Positions 1-9,855 of a stretch of 24,809 nt of DNA are shown here, in pieces. A program made the position numbers and the translations under genes. This DNA comes from a virus. Its lineage: Duplodnaviria; Caudoviricetes. The notes under the pieces were generated by a model. It was not told where the DNA came from and ran no database searches. It worked only from the letters and a program-made list of their open reading frames with translations. The stretch covers positions 1 through 24,809 of IMG/VR virus record IMGVR_UViG_3300008117_000878, one strand, 5' to 3'. Position 1 is the stretch's first letter, and each line of letters starts with the position of its first letter.

Positions 1-74
1 TAAAAGTTATATCTCAATGAAAGCAGCTGTCGACTTGTTAATGGACCCGAACAATTCCTACGAAAAAATAATAA
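1..74 (+). repeat. Exact 74-bp direct repeat of 324-397 (internal phoH fragment)
   Basis: taaaagttatatctcaatg...cgaaaaaataataa at 1-74 matches 324-397 base for base (offset 323). Confidence 0.95.
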
Positions 75-135
75 ATAATAAGTAATGTTGATTTTGTTAA
101 AATATCACCTATATATTTTAATATAAATTAATATA

Positions 136-873
136 ATGACTAGAAAAAAACCGGTAATACAAAAAGAGGAAACAACAACACAACCGTTTTCCAAAAAAGA
201 TTTCATTAATTCGGTCATAAAGAAAAAACAAAAAAGTAAGTTTTTATCTGACAATCAAAAAGAATATTATGATATTTTAATATCCAGTGAAATAACCATA
301 TGTTCTGGACCAGCTGGTGTGGGTAAAAGTTATATCTCAATGAAAGCAGCTGTCGACTTGTTAATGGACCCGAACAATTCCTACGAAAAAATAATAATTG
401 TTAGACCAGCGGTTGAAGCTGAAGAGAAATTAGGTAGTTTACCTGGTAATCTTGAGGAGAAATTAGACCCATATATTTTTCCTTCATATTATTTGTTAAA
501 TAAAATAATTGGAAAGGAAGCTAGAGAAAAATTAAAAGAAGCTGAAATAATTGAGGTATTCGCTTTGGCTTATATGAGGGGTATGAATATAGATAACTCA
601 ATATTGATTTTTGAGGAGGCACAAAACTCAACACCAAATCAAATGAAATTACTATTGACAAGAATCGGTTTTAATAGTAAATTTTTCATATCCGGGGATT
701 TGGAACAAACAGACAGATATAAAGACAAAAAACAATCAGGTCTTTATGACGCGTTACAAAGATTTAAAAACGTACAAAGTATTGGAGTTTACGATTTTAA
801 AAACGCTAAAAATGTTAGGAACCCATTAATTGGTAAAATATTGGAAAAATACGATGATGAGAATAGGGGTTGA
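136..873 (+). CDS. phoH: PhoH-like ATPase
   Basis: Walker A GPAGVGKS, IIIVRPAVE, LGSLPG, YMRG, EEAQN, TRIG, GDLEQTD and VRNPLI motifs of the PhoH family. Confidence 0.95.
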   Translation: MTRKKPVIQKEETTTQPFSKKDFINSVIKKKQKSKFLSDNQKEYYDILISSEITICSGPAGVGKSYISMKAAVDLLMDPNNSYEKIIIVRPAVEAEEKLGSLPGNLEEKLDPYIFPSYYLLNKIIGKEAREKLKEAEIIEVFALAYMRGMNIDNSILIFEEAQNSTPNQMKLLLTRIGFNSKFFISGDLEQTDRYKDKKQSGLYDALQRFKNVQSIGVYDFKNAKNVRNPLIGKILEKYDDENRG

Positions 874-1546
874 AATTAACGGGGTGCTTAGAGACACGAT
901 CGGTAAGTTTAAGAACTTATATGAAAAATATCTAATTGAGTCACCACAATTTGGTGATAAAATCTATGATATTTCTGTCGATCTATTATCTGGTGACACT
1001 AATGAAGTTACCAGTCAGGAGATTGAGGTGGTATCGGATAACTTTGAGTACGAAATATTAAGTGATGTCACTTCACTAGAACTGGATAAACATTTTAAAT
1101 TCAGGGACAAAGACGAGTTATATTCTTTCATGTATGAGGAATATACAATGGAATTGTTTGGTCACTCACCATCCACTGAAATGAACACATTTAACTTGTT
1201 AAATGAATTCTACTACGATAATAGGGATAATTTTGATATTATGGTTCTTTCAGATGAAATTGGTAAATCAAAACCAGCCTCTTTATTTTTCCTGTCAAAA
1301 TTTGGATGTTTAATAGAACAGATATTATTTTATAGTGAGATAACTAAAACAAAAATGTGGGATCAGGTTGACGTACTGGTAACATCAAATCCCGATTTAA
1401 TCTTAAATAAACCAATGGATAAAACGGTTATAAAATTCATAACCGACTATAATAAACATGTTTATTCTGAATATGAAATACATTCATTATCGGAACTTAA
1501 CGAAACAATAAAAAAAGTAAAAAATGATGTTTTCGATATTCAATGA
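854..1546 (+). CDS. HAD-superfamily 5'(3')-deoxyribonucleotidase-like protein with a degenerate catalytic motif
   Basis: N-terminal MRIGVEINGVLRD resembles HAD motif I (IxxDxDGVL) with both Asp replaced. The C-terminal YNK...I.SL.EL is typical of NT5C-like phage proteins. Start moved from 830 to ATG 854/857. Confidence 0.6.
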   Translation: MMRIGVEINGVLRDTIGKFKNLYEKYLIESPQFGDKIYDISVDLLSGDTNEVTSQEIEVVSDNFEYEILSDVTSLELDKHFKFRDKDELYSFMYEEYTMELFGHSPSTEMNTFNLLNEFYYDNRDNFDIMVLSDEIGKSKPASLFFLSKFGCLIEQILFYSEITKTKMWDQVDVLVTSNPDLILNKPMDKTVIKFITDYNKHVYSEYEIHSLSELNETIKKVKNDVFDIQ

Positions 1547-1781
1547 GAATTATTACATTGATCTAGATAAAATGGAAAAGTATGTCCAGTTTATTGGTGA
1601 TTCAGGTGAAACACAAATTCACTTAGTTAAGTATGAAGCTGTAAAATCGATGGTTGAAACCATTTTAACTGAGGGTGGTGAAATCGATGAAAATTTAGGT
1701 ATGAAAACCAGTGAGTTATCAATACCATTTAAAATAGCTTTTAATACGTTATTAGTTAAAAAAATAATAAATAAAATATAA
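1524..1781 (+). CDS. Hypothetical phage protein (85 aa)
   Basis: ORF overlaps the upstream gene and ends 5 nt before the next; no motif recognised. Confidence 0.8.
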   Translation: MMFSIFNENYYIDLDKMEKYVQFIGDSGETQIHLVKYEAVKSMVETILTEGGEIDENLGMKTSELSIPFKIAFNTLLVKKIINKI

Positions 1782-1786
1782 ATAAT

Positions 1787-2848
1787 ATGAACACAGAACA
1801 GATTACAAAATTGGAGAAGTCCATTCAAAACATGGTGGACAAATTGTCTAGAATCTATTTCTTGGTACAGGATACAAGAGGTAACGCTAAAGCTTCTGTA
1901 TCGTACATCTACGATATGGCTTTAACATTAAAAAGAAATGGATATAACTCAATCATTTTACATGAAAAAAATGATTACATGGGTGTCTCAGATTGGTTAG
2001 GTGAGGAGTACATGGATGAATTACCACATAAATCAATTGACGGACAAAATCTTGAGGTATCACCTGAAGATTTAATTATCATTCCGGAAATTTATGGATT
2101 TATAATGGACCAAATTACAAAATTGCCTTGTGGTAAAATTGTAATTAGTCAATCTTATGATTATATATTTGAAACATTACAACCGGGACAAACATGGTCA
2201 CAGTTAGGGTTTTTAAAGTGTATAACCACATCTGAAAAACAAAAAGACTACATCGAATCGGTTATGAGAAATGTATCCGTTGATGTTATTGAACCTGTAA
2301 TTTCGGAGAAGTTTAATAAGTCGGAATACCCAGCGAAAACAATAATAGCTATACACACTAGAGAACATAGAGACACAATTAATTTGGTTAAAACATTTTA
2401 CACTAAGTACCCACAATATCGATGGATTACATTTAGAGACCTTCGTGGTTTAACTGTTTCAGAATTTTCTAATGGAATTAAAGAAGCTTTTGTATCCGTG
2501 TGGATTGACCAAAATAGTAGTTTTGGTACCTTCCCACTGGAATCAATGAAGTGTGGTGTTCCAGTTATTGGACTAGTACCGAACATGGTTCCCGAATGGA
2601 TGAATGAGGACAATGGTATTTGGATTAACAATCAAAATATGGTCATTGATGTGATATCTGATTTTATACAGAATTGGTTAGAGGATAATATTAACCCTGA
2701 GTTATACACAACCATGGAATCCTCGGTATCGAAAGTTACCAATAAATCAGATTTCGATAATAACGTAGTGTCAATTTTTGGTAAAATGATCTCAACCAGA
2801 ATCGAGTCATTTTCAGAACAATTAAATAAATTAGAAACAATAGAATAA
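1787..2848 (+). CDS. GT-B fold (GT4-like) glycosyltransferase
   Basis: SSFGTFPLESMKCGVPVIG matches the GT4 FGxxxxEAMxxGxPVI signature. DLIIIPE lies in the N-terminal Rossmann domain. Confidence 0.75.
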   Translation: MNTEQITKLEKSIQNMVDKLSRIYFLVQDTRGNAKASVSYIYDMALTLKRNGYNSIILHEKNDYMGVSDWLGEEYMDELPHKSIDGQNLEVSPEDLIIIPEIYGFIMDQITKLPCGKIVISQSYDYIFETLQPGQTWSQLGFLKCITTSEKQKDYIESVMRNVSVDVIEPVISEKFNKSEYPAKTIIAIHTREHRDTINLVKTFYTKYPQYRWITFRDLRGLTVSEFSNGIKEAFVSVWIDQNSSFGTFPLESMKCGVPVIGLVPNMVPEWMNEDNGIWINNQNMVIDVISDFIQNWLEDNINPELYTTMESSVSKVTNKSDFDNNVVSIFGKMISTRIESFSEQLNKLETIE

Positions 2849-2849
2849 T

Positions 2850-3557
2850 ATGGAAAATAGAAAAACAATTTCAGTTGTATTACCCTTAAAATCTTCACAA
2901 TCACCATTTTTTGAGGATTTATATAGTCGATCAATACAATCAGTAAAAAATCAAAAAGAATATGTTGATGAGTTAATCATTGTATATTGTAATGAAACAA
3001 ATCTAACCAATCACATTAAAAGTTATGATTATGGTGATTTAAATGTTGTATTCGAAGAGTGGACATCTGAACCTAATTTTTGTTCACAGGTGAACCACGG
3101 TTTTGAAATGTCTAAGTCGGAATGGGTGTCATTCATTGAATTCGATGATGAATACTTTGTTGGATTTACAAATGAAGCTACATTTGCGGCTAACTTCTCA
3201 CAAGAAATGGGTTACCTAACAAATGATACACTACAAAATTACCAAAACTTCCAAATATCTGGAATGATGGTTAAACGAGAAACATTCCTTGAGATTGGTA
3301 AGTTTAAAACAAATATAAAATTAACATTTGGTTATGAATTCTTATTGAGACTAACCTCTAATACACCTAGAATTATGTCGATACCAAAAATTGGGTACAA
3401 ACACATGAACTTTAGGGAGGGTTCATTATTTTGGAATTATAAAAATGGTAATGACGTTATGTCAGATGATGAGGTTAAGTTCTGGGTTGACTCAGCTAAA
3501 AAAGAGTATCATTACATTAATCAACGTGATATAAAATATGAACCACAAGAAGTTTAA
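2850..3557 (+). CDS. GT-A fold (GT2-like) glycosyltransferase, possibly with an internal deletion
   Basis: ISVVLP, SIQSVKNQ, ELIIV, VNHG, WVSFIEFDDEY (DxD-like) and YEFLLRL motifs. Confidence 0.8.
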   Translation: MENRKTISVVLPLKSSQSPFFEDLYSRSIQSVKNQKEYVDELIIVYCNETNLTNHIKSYDYGDLNVVFEEWTSEPNFCSQVNHGFEMSKSEWVSFIEFDDEYFVGFTNEATFAANFSQEMGYLTNDTLQNYQNFQISGMMVKRETFLEIGKFKTNIKLTFGYEFLLRLTSNTPRIMSIPKIGYKHMNFREGSLFWNYKNGNDVMSDDEVKFWVDSAKKEYHYINQRDIKYEPQEV

Positions 3558-4306
3558 TGACTAATGAACTAAATGTTATAGATGATAATAATGAACAGAA
3601 AAAGAAGGGTAGAAAACCAAAAGTAAAAAATTACTTCGCTGAAAGAGAGGAGAACGCGGTTAGGGAATACTTAACCGCTACAACCTTTGATGAGAAGAAT
3701 AAAATATACAACGAGTTTTTAAAAGACCCCTTAGATAAAATGATATCGTCAATTATTAGACGATACAAATTGTACCGAAAAGATATGAATTTTGATGAAA
3801 TTCATATGGACACACATTCATTTTTAATGACCAAAATTGATAAGTTTAAACCTTCAAAAGAAAAGAAGGCGTATTCGTATTTTGGCACAATATGTAAAAA
3901 TTATCTTATGGGTCAAATAATGAAGGACCAAAAAGATACTAATAGAAAAATATCATACGAGGATATATCAACGGATGTTCAAAATATGCCGGATATGATT
4001 TACTATTTGGACAACGACAATTTAACAACTGATGAAATTATAAAAAATTTTTTATCAAAACTTAAAGATACCATGTCCGAAAAAAACATTTCAGAACAAG
4101 AGGTTCGTCTAGGTAACGCTCTTTTTGATATATTTCAAAATTACCCATCAACGTTTAATGATAACAACGACAATAATAAGTTTAATAAAAATATTGTTCT
4201 GTTTGAACTCCGAGAAATGACAAACCTATCAACAAAGGAAATTAGAAATTCATTGAAAAGGTATAAGAAATTATATTATGAAATTTTAAATGAATTACTA
4301 AAATAA
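3557..4306 (+). CDS. Putative late-transcription sigma factor (T4 gp55-like)
   Basis: KNYF...E N-terminal motif and KIDKFKP.K.KKAYSYFGTICKNYL resemble the sigma region-2 segment of gp55 (F.P....PFAYFT.I..N). Helical C-terminus. Confidence 0.6.
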   Translation: MTNELNVIDDNNEQKKKGRKPKVKNYFAEREENAVREYLTATTFDEKNKIYNEFLKDPLDKMISSIIRRYKLYRKDMNFDEIHMDTHSFLMTKIDKFKPSKEKKAYSYFGTICKNYLMGQIMKDQKDTNRKISYEDISTDVQNMPDMIYYLDNDNLTTDEIIKNFLSKLKDTMSEKNISEQEVRLGNALFDIFQNYPSTFNDNNDNNKFNKNIVLFELREMTNLSTKEIRNSLKRYKKLYYEILNELLK

Positions 4307-4314
4307 TAAAAAAG

Positions 4315-4322
4315 ATATTTAT
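4315..4322 (+). promoter_or_regulatory. ATATTTAT motif, putative phage late promoter
   Basis: Lies 4 nt before ATG 4327; the same motif precedes six other genes. Confidence 0.55.
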
Positions 4323-4326
4323 AGTT

Positions 4327-4695
4327 ATGCCAAGACCACCAAAAAAAGAAATAAATCTGACTAAAGATTCGATGTTAGCTTTAATGCAGGAAATCTACAA
4401 TGAAATTGTGGAACAAAGAAATACCGCAATAAGGATCCAAAATAAAATGTTAACAATGATGAAGGAACCGGAAGATATGACTTTGATTGGTCCGGTAATT
4501 GAAAAACAACAGAAGATTGTAAATGATTGTGTTGAAAAGAAATTATCCCTATCTAAACTACAATCCCAAATGTGGCAAAAATCACAAGATAAACAAGAAG
4601 AATTTACTTTATCTGATCTTGAGTTGGATGATGACGTTTTAAAATCTTTAATTGAGAAGGATACATCAGATAAATCCTACAAAATGAATAAATAA
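4327..4695 (+). CDS. Hypothetical coiled-coil protein (122 aa)
   Basis: ORF with helical heptad pattern; its stop overlaps the next start (TAATG). Confidence 0.85.
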   Translation: MPRPPKKEINLTKDSMLALMQEIYNEIVEQRNTAIRIQNKMLTMMKEPEDMTLIGPVIEKQQKIVNDCVEKKLSLSKLQSQMWQKSQDKQEEFTLSDLELDDDVLKSLIEKDTSDKSYKMNK

Positions 4696-6620
4696 TGGCT
4701 TTAGATGATATTAATGATAATAAAAAAATTAAGTCTAAATCATCAATACTTAAAAAGTATAAACAATTTAAGGATGGTGAAAAAGAATTAAAAAAAAATT
4801 CTGGTGATACTTTCGAACAAAAAAAGTCGGATATTACCACACAATTGTCTGAAGCTAAAAAATTAAAAAACAAATATCAAAAAGAACTCAAAAGTCAATT
4901 TGACGAAATGTTAGATTTGATTTTTATAACAAATAACAACGGTAGTCAAACTAAAAGTTACCTAAAAAGAACATTTGTTACCGCTCTTAATGAGTTAAAA
5001 CCAAAAGTATTTGAATTATTAACCGAAACATCAATACAAGCTATTGGGTGTTCCGAGGATCAGTTATATCAAAATCAAACTGTTTACGTTAAAGTTTCCA
5101 ATATTGATTTTAATAAATTACTCCAGGAACCATACGACACCTTAATAGGGTCAATAAGTTATGAATCAAAAGATATAACTTATGGTAACACACCATTCTC
5201 AATGAATAAAGAATTATACGAGAGAACCCAACAAATAAACCAACCATTCTCAGTATCATCTGGTTCACCATACAAAGGAACGTCAGGACAAGACCTATTT
5301 GACATTACTTATGTTGAGTCGTACCCAGATCCGGTAACTGGTAACATAATCGTCGGTAATTTTTATAAAATTGAATTAAAAAATAGAGCTACGGTAAATA
5401 AAGTATCTGAGTTCTTAAACGATTATTACTCAACAATTGAATTAATCGATTTAAAAAACTTCTTCTCAAATGTAATGAATCAATTATCTGGAGCTATATC
5501 AATTAAAAAAGGTAATGGGAAAATTGATCTGGGTGAATTTGAGAAATTTTTACTGTTGATAAAAAGACTATTAGGTTTATGTTACGATCCGAACACTGAA
5601 ATTGATGTGTCTGGACCCTCTAAAGTTTCTAGTACTGATAATATTGATGAGTCATTTTGGGAATTTACCGACATTGACTTGAGAATGATAGATCAAAAGG
5701 TGTCAGATATAAAATTGGGTGTTGTCGAGTTTGATGATTGTTTTAATGTAAAACTACCTGTAGACTCAGATAGTATCATCAACGCGATTAGTAATCTAAA
5801 TTTTATTGAGGATGAGAACAACTCAATACCGATTGATGAAGCTTCTAATTTACCACAGGTACTAACTAGTAATCCTGGGTGGTTCCCATTAGAAATTGAC
5901 GTTGACACTGAGTTTTTAAAGGAGTTCCCGAAAGCTATGGTAACAACAGTACTTTCACCAAAAGTATTATTACCAATAATGACAATGATTAAAGCTCTTG
6001 GTCAATCATTTAATGATCAAATTTCATCATTTACTGAGTTTGCCAAAAATTTTAAAAAATTTTTTACGGAACTAGTTACCAAAATTGGAGCTTTGTTTAT
6101 TAAAATATTATTTGATATAATTAAAAAGGATTTGAAAAGTTTAATTAAGTCAATCACCACGGACATTCTAAAAGAAAAAACAAATAAAAAATTAACTATA
6201 ATTTTATCTTTAAGCGAGTTGTTGGTGTCAATAGCTAACTTATTACAGACTACCGATTATAGAGAGTGTAAAAACGTAATTCAAGAATTATTAAATTTGT
6301 TAGATTTGTCATCGAAAGTTTTTAAAGCTTTCGGGAATACAATACCACTACCGTTATTATTAGCTTCAAAATTATTGAGTGGGTTTTCAGCTACAAGGGC
6401 GTTTGTCAATGTTGTTGATGAGTTGGACAAATTGGGAATACCCACCGGACCAATGCCGGACGGATCACCAAATAAATTTGTAGCGTCAATAAAAGCTGTA
6501 ATAGATGGGATTGATAAAGAAGAAAGTGAGAACGGTCAAGTTCAAATTGCGTTAAGTCCTTTAAGTGTCAACCCAATAAACCAAACGGATCCATTGATAT
6601 TATATGGTAAAAAAATATAG
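4695..6620 (+). CDS. Large hypothetical phage protein (641 aa), possibly structural
   Basis: Long ORF with an amphipathic-helix-rich C-terminal half, next to the baseplate-like gene. Confidence 0.85.
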   Translation: MALDDINDNKKIKSKSSILKKYKQFKDGEKELKKNSGDTFEQKKSDITTQLSEAKKLKNKYQKELKSQFDEMLDLIFITNNNGSQTKSYLKRTFVTALNELKPKVFELLTETSIQAIGCSEDQLYQNQTVYVKVSNIDFNKLLQEPYDTLIGSISYESKDITYGNTPFSMNKELYERTQQINQPFSVSSGSPYKGTSGQDLFDITYVESYPDPVTGNIIVGNFYKIELKNRATVNKVSEFLNDYYSTIELIDLKNFFSNVMNQLSGAISIKKGNGKIDLGEFEKFLLLIKRLLGLCYDPNTEIDVSGPSKVSSTDNIDESFWEFTDIDLRMIDQKVSDIKLGVVEFDDCFNVKLPVDSDSIINAISNLNFIEDENNSIPIDEASNLPQVLTSNPGWFPLEIDVDTEFLKEFPKAMVTTVLSPKVLLPIMTMIKALGQSFNDQISSFTEFAKNFKKFFTELVTKIGALFIKILFDIIKKDLKSLIKSITTDILKEKTNKKLTIILSLSELLVSIANLLQTTDYRECKNVIQELLNLLDLSSKVFKAFGNTIPLPLLLASKLLSGFSATRAFVNVVDELDKLGIPTGPMPDGSPNKFVASIKAVIDGIDKEESENGQVQIALSPLSVNPINQTDPLILYGKKI

Positions 6621-6622
6621 TT

Positions 6623-6856
6623 ATGAACATAGAAACTAACGAATACTTGGTTAAATCAAATCAAGTTTTAGAAATTATTAGGGATCACAAAAATAAGTCA
6701 AATAAAGATTTAGTTTTAGCTCTTGAGTTTATTAAAAAAGAATTTGACTTAACTAAAGAAAATTTATTAAAATTAACAAATCACATTGACAAGTTGGAGT
6801 TGACCTATAATGTTTTATTAAAAGAGTACGAAGAAAGAAATGCGACAAAAAAATAA
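6623..6856 (+). CDS. Hypothetical coiled-coil protein (77 aa)
   Basis: Tightly packed ORF overlapping the next gene. Confidence 0.75.
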   Translation: MNIETNEYLVKSNQVLEIIRDHKNKSNKDLVLALEFIKKEFDLTKENLLKLTNHIDKLELTYNVLLKEYEERNATKK

Positions 6857-8372
6857 ATTTATATATGAGGGGAGGGTATTGAACAACCAAGATCCGTTAA
6901 TGTTAGGTAGACTACGTGTATATCCAACAACACCGGATCCCGAAACTGATATTTACCCCCCAGATTGGGATGAATCCAAGGAGTGGTCATTAGATGATCC
7001 ATTAATTTTTTTACCTCTAATACCATATTATTTAAACCAAACCCCATTAGTGGGTGAATACGTACATGTTGTTTATTATAACAGTGAGGAAAGACTAGAT
7101 CGAAATAAATTCTACATTCAAGGACCGGTATCAAGACCTTGGTTTAATAGTCGAGAAAGTTTCGCTAACTCAAAATCAATGTTAGCTGACGGACAAATAT
7201 TAAAACAAGCTAAACCAATTAGAAATAAAACAAACGGTGATATTGATGTCGATTTACGTGGTATATACCCCCTTCCAGGTGACAACGGGTTTCTTGGTCG
7301 TGGATCTAGTGATATAATTCTTAAAACAAGTGAATCATCAAATGACGTACTAATAAGAGCTGGTAAGACAAGACCATCTGGGAACCCAGTTGTCCCAGTT
7401 AGATTAAACGATAGTCGATCATTTGTTCAGGTATCTGAATTCGGTATCCAACAAACACTTGGACCGGTAACAGAAAAAGAAGAATTAATATATACCCCCA
7501 GACAAGTTAAGAATCTAATAGAGTGGGAAATATCAAATTTAAACACCTTACCATCACCAAGTGGAATTACGTTTGATGGGTCAATTAGATTATACAGTTT
7601 AAAACCAGTTGAAAATACATTAAGTAGTGTACTAACGGTAAATACACCACTAGATGAATACATTGGAAATACCTTATTTGAGTTGGACTTTACTGATAAG
7701 ACGGTAATTGAAACGTCACAACTAATTAACTCATTTATTCGTGGGTTTAATAATGGTCGAATAAATATTCCTGGATATGTATCTTATCCATCTGAACCTG
7801 GTGTAACGATTAGTGATCAGTTCCCATTTGTGTTTAGACCGGTTAAATCTAACCTTGATACATTAAGTACGAATAACACAACGGAATATAACAACCTAAT
7901 TGAAATTTATAATAAAATAAAATTATCCCCGTCGGATACCCAAAATGGGTACGCTCTCGTATGGTTAAAGAATGTTATAAATCCACAACCAGAACTAAAA
8001 AAGACCATAGTACAAAATAAAACATTTGTTCCGGCTCCGGTAACATATACAACAAACGGGGGGGATTTTGTTTATTTATTATCACACAAACAATCAATAC
8101 CATCCAAAGAGAAATTTTCATTAAAAGATACACTATATGGTATACCTAGAGAAAAATTTGATGAGATTATTTATAAGACTGACCCAATGGTTAGGGGTGA
8201 TGAATTAATGTCATTTTTAACCCTATTAACCAAGTTTGTTTTTTCACACGTTCACAACATAAACGAAGCTCCAATACCGGTGGGTACTGACGGAACTCTT
8301 AAGTCAGATATCCTTAAAAAATTATTAGAAGCTGATTCAACCATTTTAAATCAAAATATTCGAATTAATTGA
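6840..8372 (+). CDS. Baseplate central spike, Gp5/VgrG-like OB-fold protein
   Basis: N-terminal GRVLNNQDPLMLGRLRV...P.VGEYVHV is the Gp5 OB-fold signature. C-terminal VRGDEL...SHVH carries an HxH spike-tip motif. Confidence 0.65.
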   Translation: MRQKNKFIYEGRVLNNQDPLMLGRLRVYPTTPDPETDIYPPDWDESKEWSLDDPLIFLPLIPYYLNQTPLVGEYVHVVYYNSEERLDRNKFYIQGPVSRPWFNSRESFANSKSMLADGQILKQAKPIRNKTNGDIDVDLRGIYPLPGDNGFLGRGSSDIILKTSESSNDVLIRAGKTRPSGNPVVPVRLNDSRSFVQVSEFGIQQTLGPVTEKEELIYTPRQVKNLIEWEISNLNTLPSPSGITFDGSIRLYSLKPVENTLSSVLTVNTPLDEYIGNTLFELDFTDKTVIETSQLINSFIRGFNNGRINIPGYVSYPSEPGVTISDQFPFVFRPVKSNLDTLSTNNTTEYNNLIEIYNKIKLSPSDTQNGYALVWLKNVINPQPELKKTIVQNKTFVPAPVTYTTNGGDFVYLLSHKQSIPSKEKFSLKDTLYGIPREKFDEIIYKTDPMVRGDELMSFLTLLTKFVFSHVHNINEAPIPVGTDGTLKSDILKKLLEADSTILNQNIRIN

Positions 8373-8379
8373 TATTTAT
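8372..8379 (+). promoter_or_regulatory. ATATTTAT motif, putative phage late promoter
   Basis: Lies 13 nt before ATG 8393. Confidence 0.55.
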
Positions 8380-8392
8380 TGTAAAAATGTAA

Positions 8393-9853
8393 ATGTCAAT
8401 TAATAATTCATATTTTAGTCGGAATAATACCATCATATCCAATAGTTTCGTTAACACAGGTAGGAACCCTGTTATGGAATTATACTATGGGGATGGGAAT
8501 ATATCCTTACCTACCGGGTTCTCTAGATTTATCTTTGACATTGATCTAACCCTGTTAAAAGAAAAAATTAATAACGGTACAATATCAACCGATATATGTT
8601 CGGGTATGACACATACATTAAGAATGGTAAATACATCATTCTTTGATAAAGATTATTTAAATACATCAAATTCACAAGGTAGACTGAGAGCTACATCCTT
8701 TGATTTAATTCTGTTTAGAATACCTTACGTTAATTTGGATCCGGACCAACCACAGATTTGGGATGAAGGTGTTGGGTATGATTACTTTGATGTCGTTACC
8801 GAAATACAAAATGATAAGAACTACTCTGATAGACCAAGTAACTGGTATCAAACAACAACTATTGGTGTTTGGGAACAACCTGGGATATATAGTAATACAA
8901 ATTCTGGGACATTTAATTATAATCAGTTAGAAATTGTTAAAACCCAACATTTTGAATTCGGTGATGAGAACATTGAGTTTGACATGACACAGGAAATTAA
9001 TGATGTTTTAAGTGGTAGTATTCCTAATTGTGTGGGTTGGGGGATTGCGTATCTACCACAGGTTGAAAATTTAAGTGGTACAACCGGTACATACTCAGTT
9101 GGGTTTTTTACAAGACATACCCAGACATTTTACGAACCATTTTTAGAAACTAGTTATAATGATTTAATTGAGGATGATAGGAATTCATTCTCACTTGGAA
9201 AAATTAATAAATTATATTTATACATCTATGAAGATGGGGATTTTCAGAATTTAGATTTTAGTCCCAAAGTAACTATTTCTGATAGTGTGGGTAACCCAAT
9301 TCCAGGTTTAGTAAATCTACAATCATGTAGACGAACAAAAGGTGTTTACGAAATAGAACTACCACCTCTTATTGGATACAAAACCCCATGTATATTTAAT
9401 GACGTTTGGTCAGATATTAAATTAAATGGATTCTCTTTACCGGACATACATAATGAATTTGTTATATACCCAATTCAAAAGTCATTACAAATGGGAACAA
9501 CATCTGTCGACCCAAAGGTTTATGGGTTTGATTTTTATGGTATTAAACAAGATGAAAAGATATTAAACACCGATGTTAGAAAGGTCGGTGTAATTATAAA
9601 ACAAGCTTATACCACAAACAAACAATTACCCAAAGTGGGGGGGTATTATAGAATTTATGTTAGGGAAGGTCAAACTGAAGTACAAGTACAAGACTGGACC
9701 AAACTAAATAGAACACCAAATGAGTATTATTTTATATTTGATACAAGAGATAAAATTCCTAATGAATATTTTATTGATATGAAAGTTATCTCAAGTGGGG
9801 AAGTTAATACTTATAAAAGAACAATAAAATTTCAAATTGTAAATAAAAAATAA
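8393..9853 (+). CDS. Putative virion structural protein (486 aa, beta-rich)
   Basis: Beta-strand-rich ORF (SRFIFDIDL, GVYEIEL) downstream of the spike gene and preceded by the late motif. Confidence 0.75.
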   Translation: MSINNSYFSRNNTIISNSFVNTGRNPVMELYYGDGNISLPTGFSRFIFDIDLTLLKEKINNGTISTDICSGMTHTLRMVNTSFFDKDYLNTSNSQGRLRATSFDLILFRIPYVNLDPDQPQIWDEGVGYDYFDVVTEIQNDKNYSDRPSNWYQTTTIGVWEQPGIYSNTNSGTFNYNQLEIVKTQHFEFGDENIEFDMTQEINDVLSGSIPNCVGWGIAYLPQVENLSGTTGTYSVGFFTRHTQTFYEPFLETSYNDLIEDDRNSFSLGKINKLYLYIYEDGDFQNLDFSPKVTISDSVGNPIPGLVNLQSCRRTKGVYEIELPPLIGYKTPCIFNDVWSDIKLNGFSLPDIHNEFVIYPIQKSLQMGTTSVDPKVYGFDFYGIKQDEKILNTDVRKVGVIIKQAYTTNKQLPKVGGYYRIYVREGQTEVQVQDWTKLNRTPNEYYFIFDTRDKIPNEYFIDMKVISSGEVNTYKRTIKFQIVNKK

Positions 9854-9855
9854 TT

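Noticed and set aside
87-119. Host-type promoter upstream of phoH (GTTG...TATATTTT)
   Set aside because: Both elements have a mismatch to consensus in very AT-rich sequence next to a suspect junction, too weak to list.
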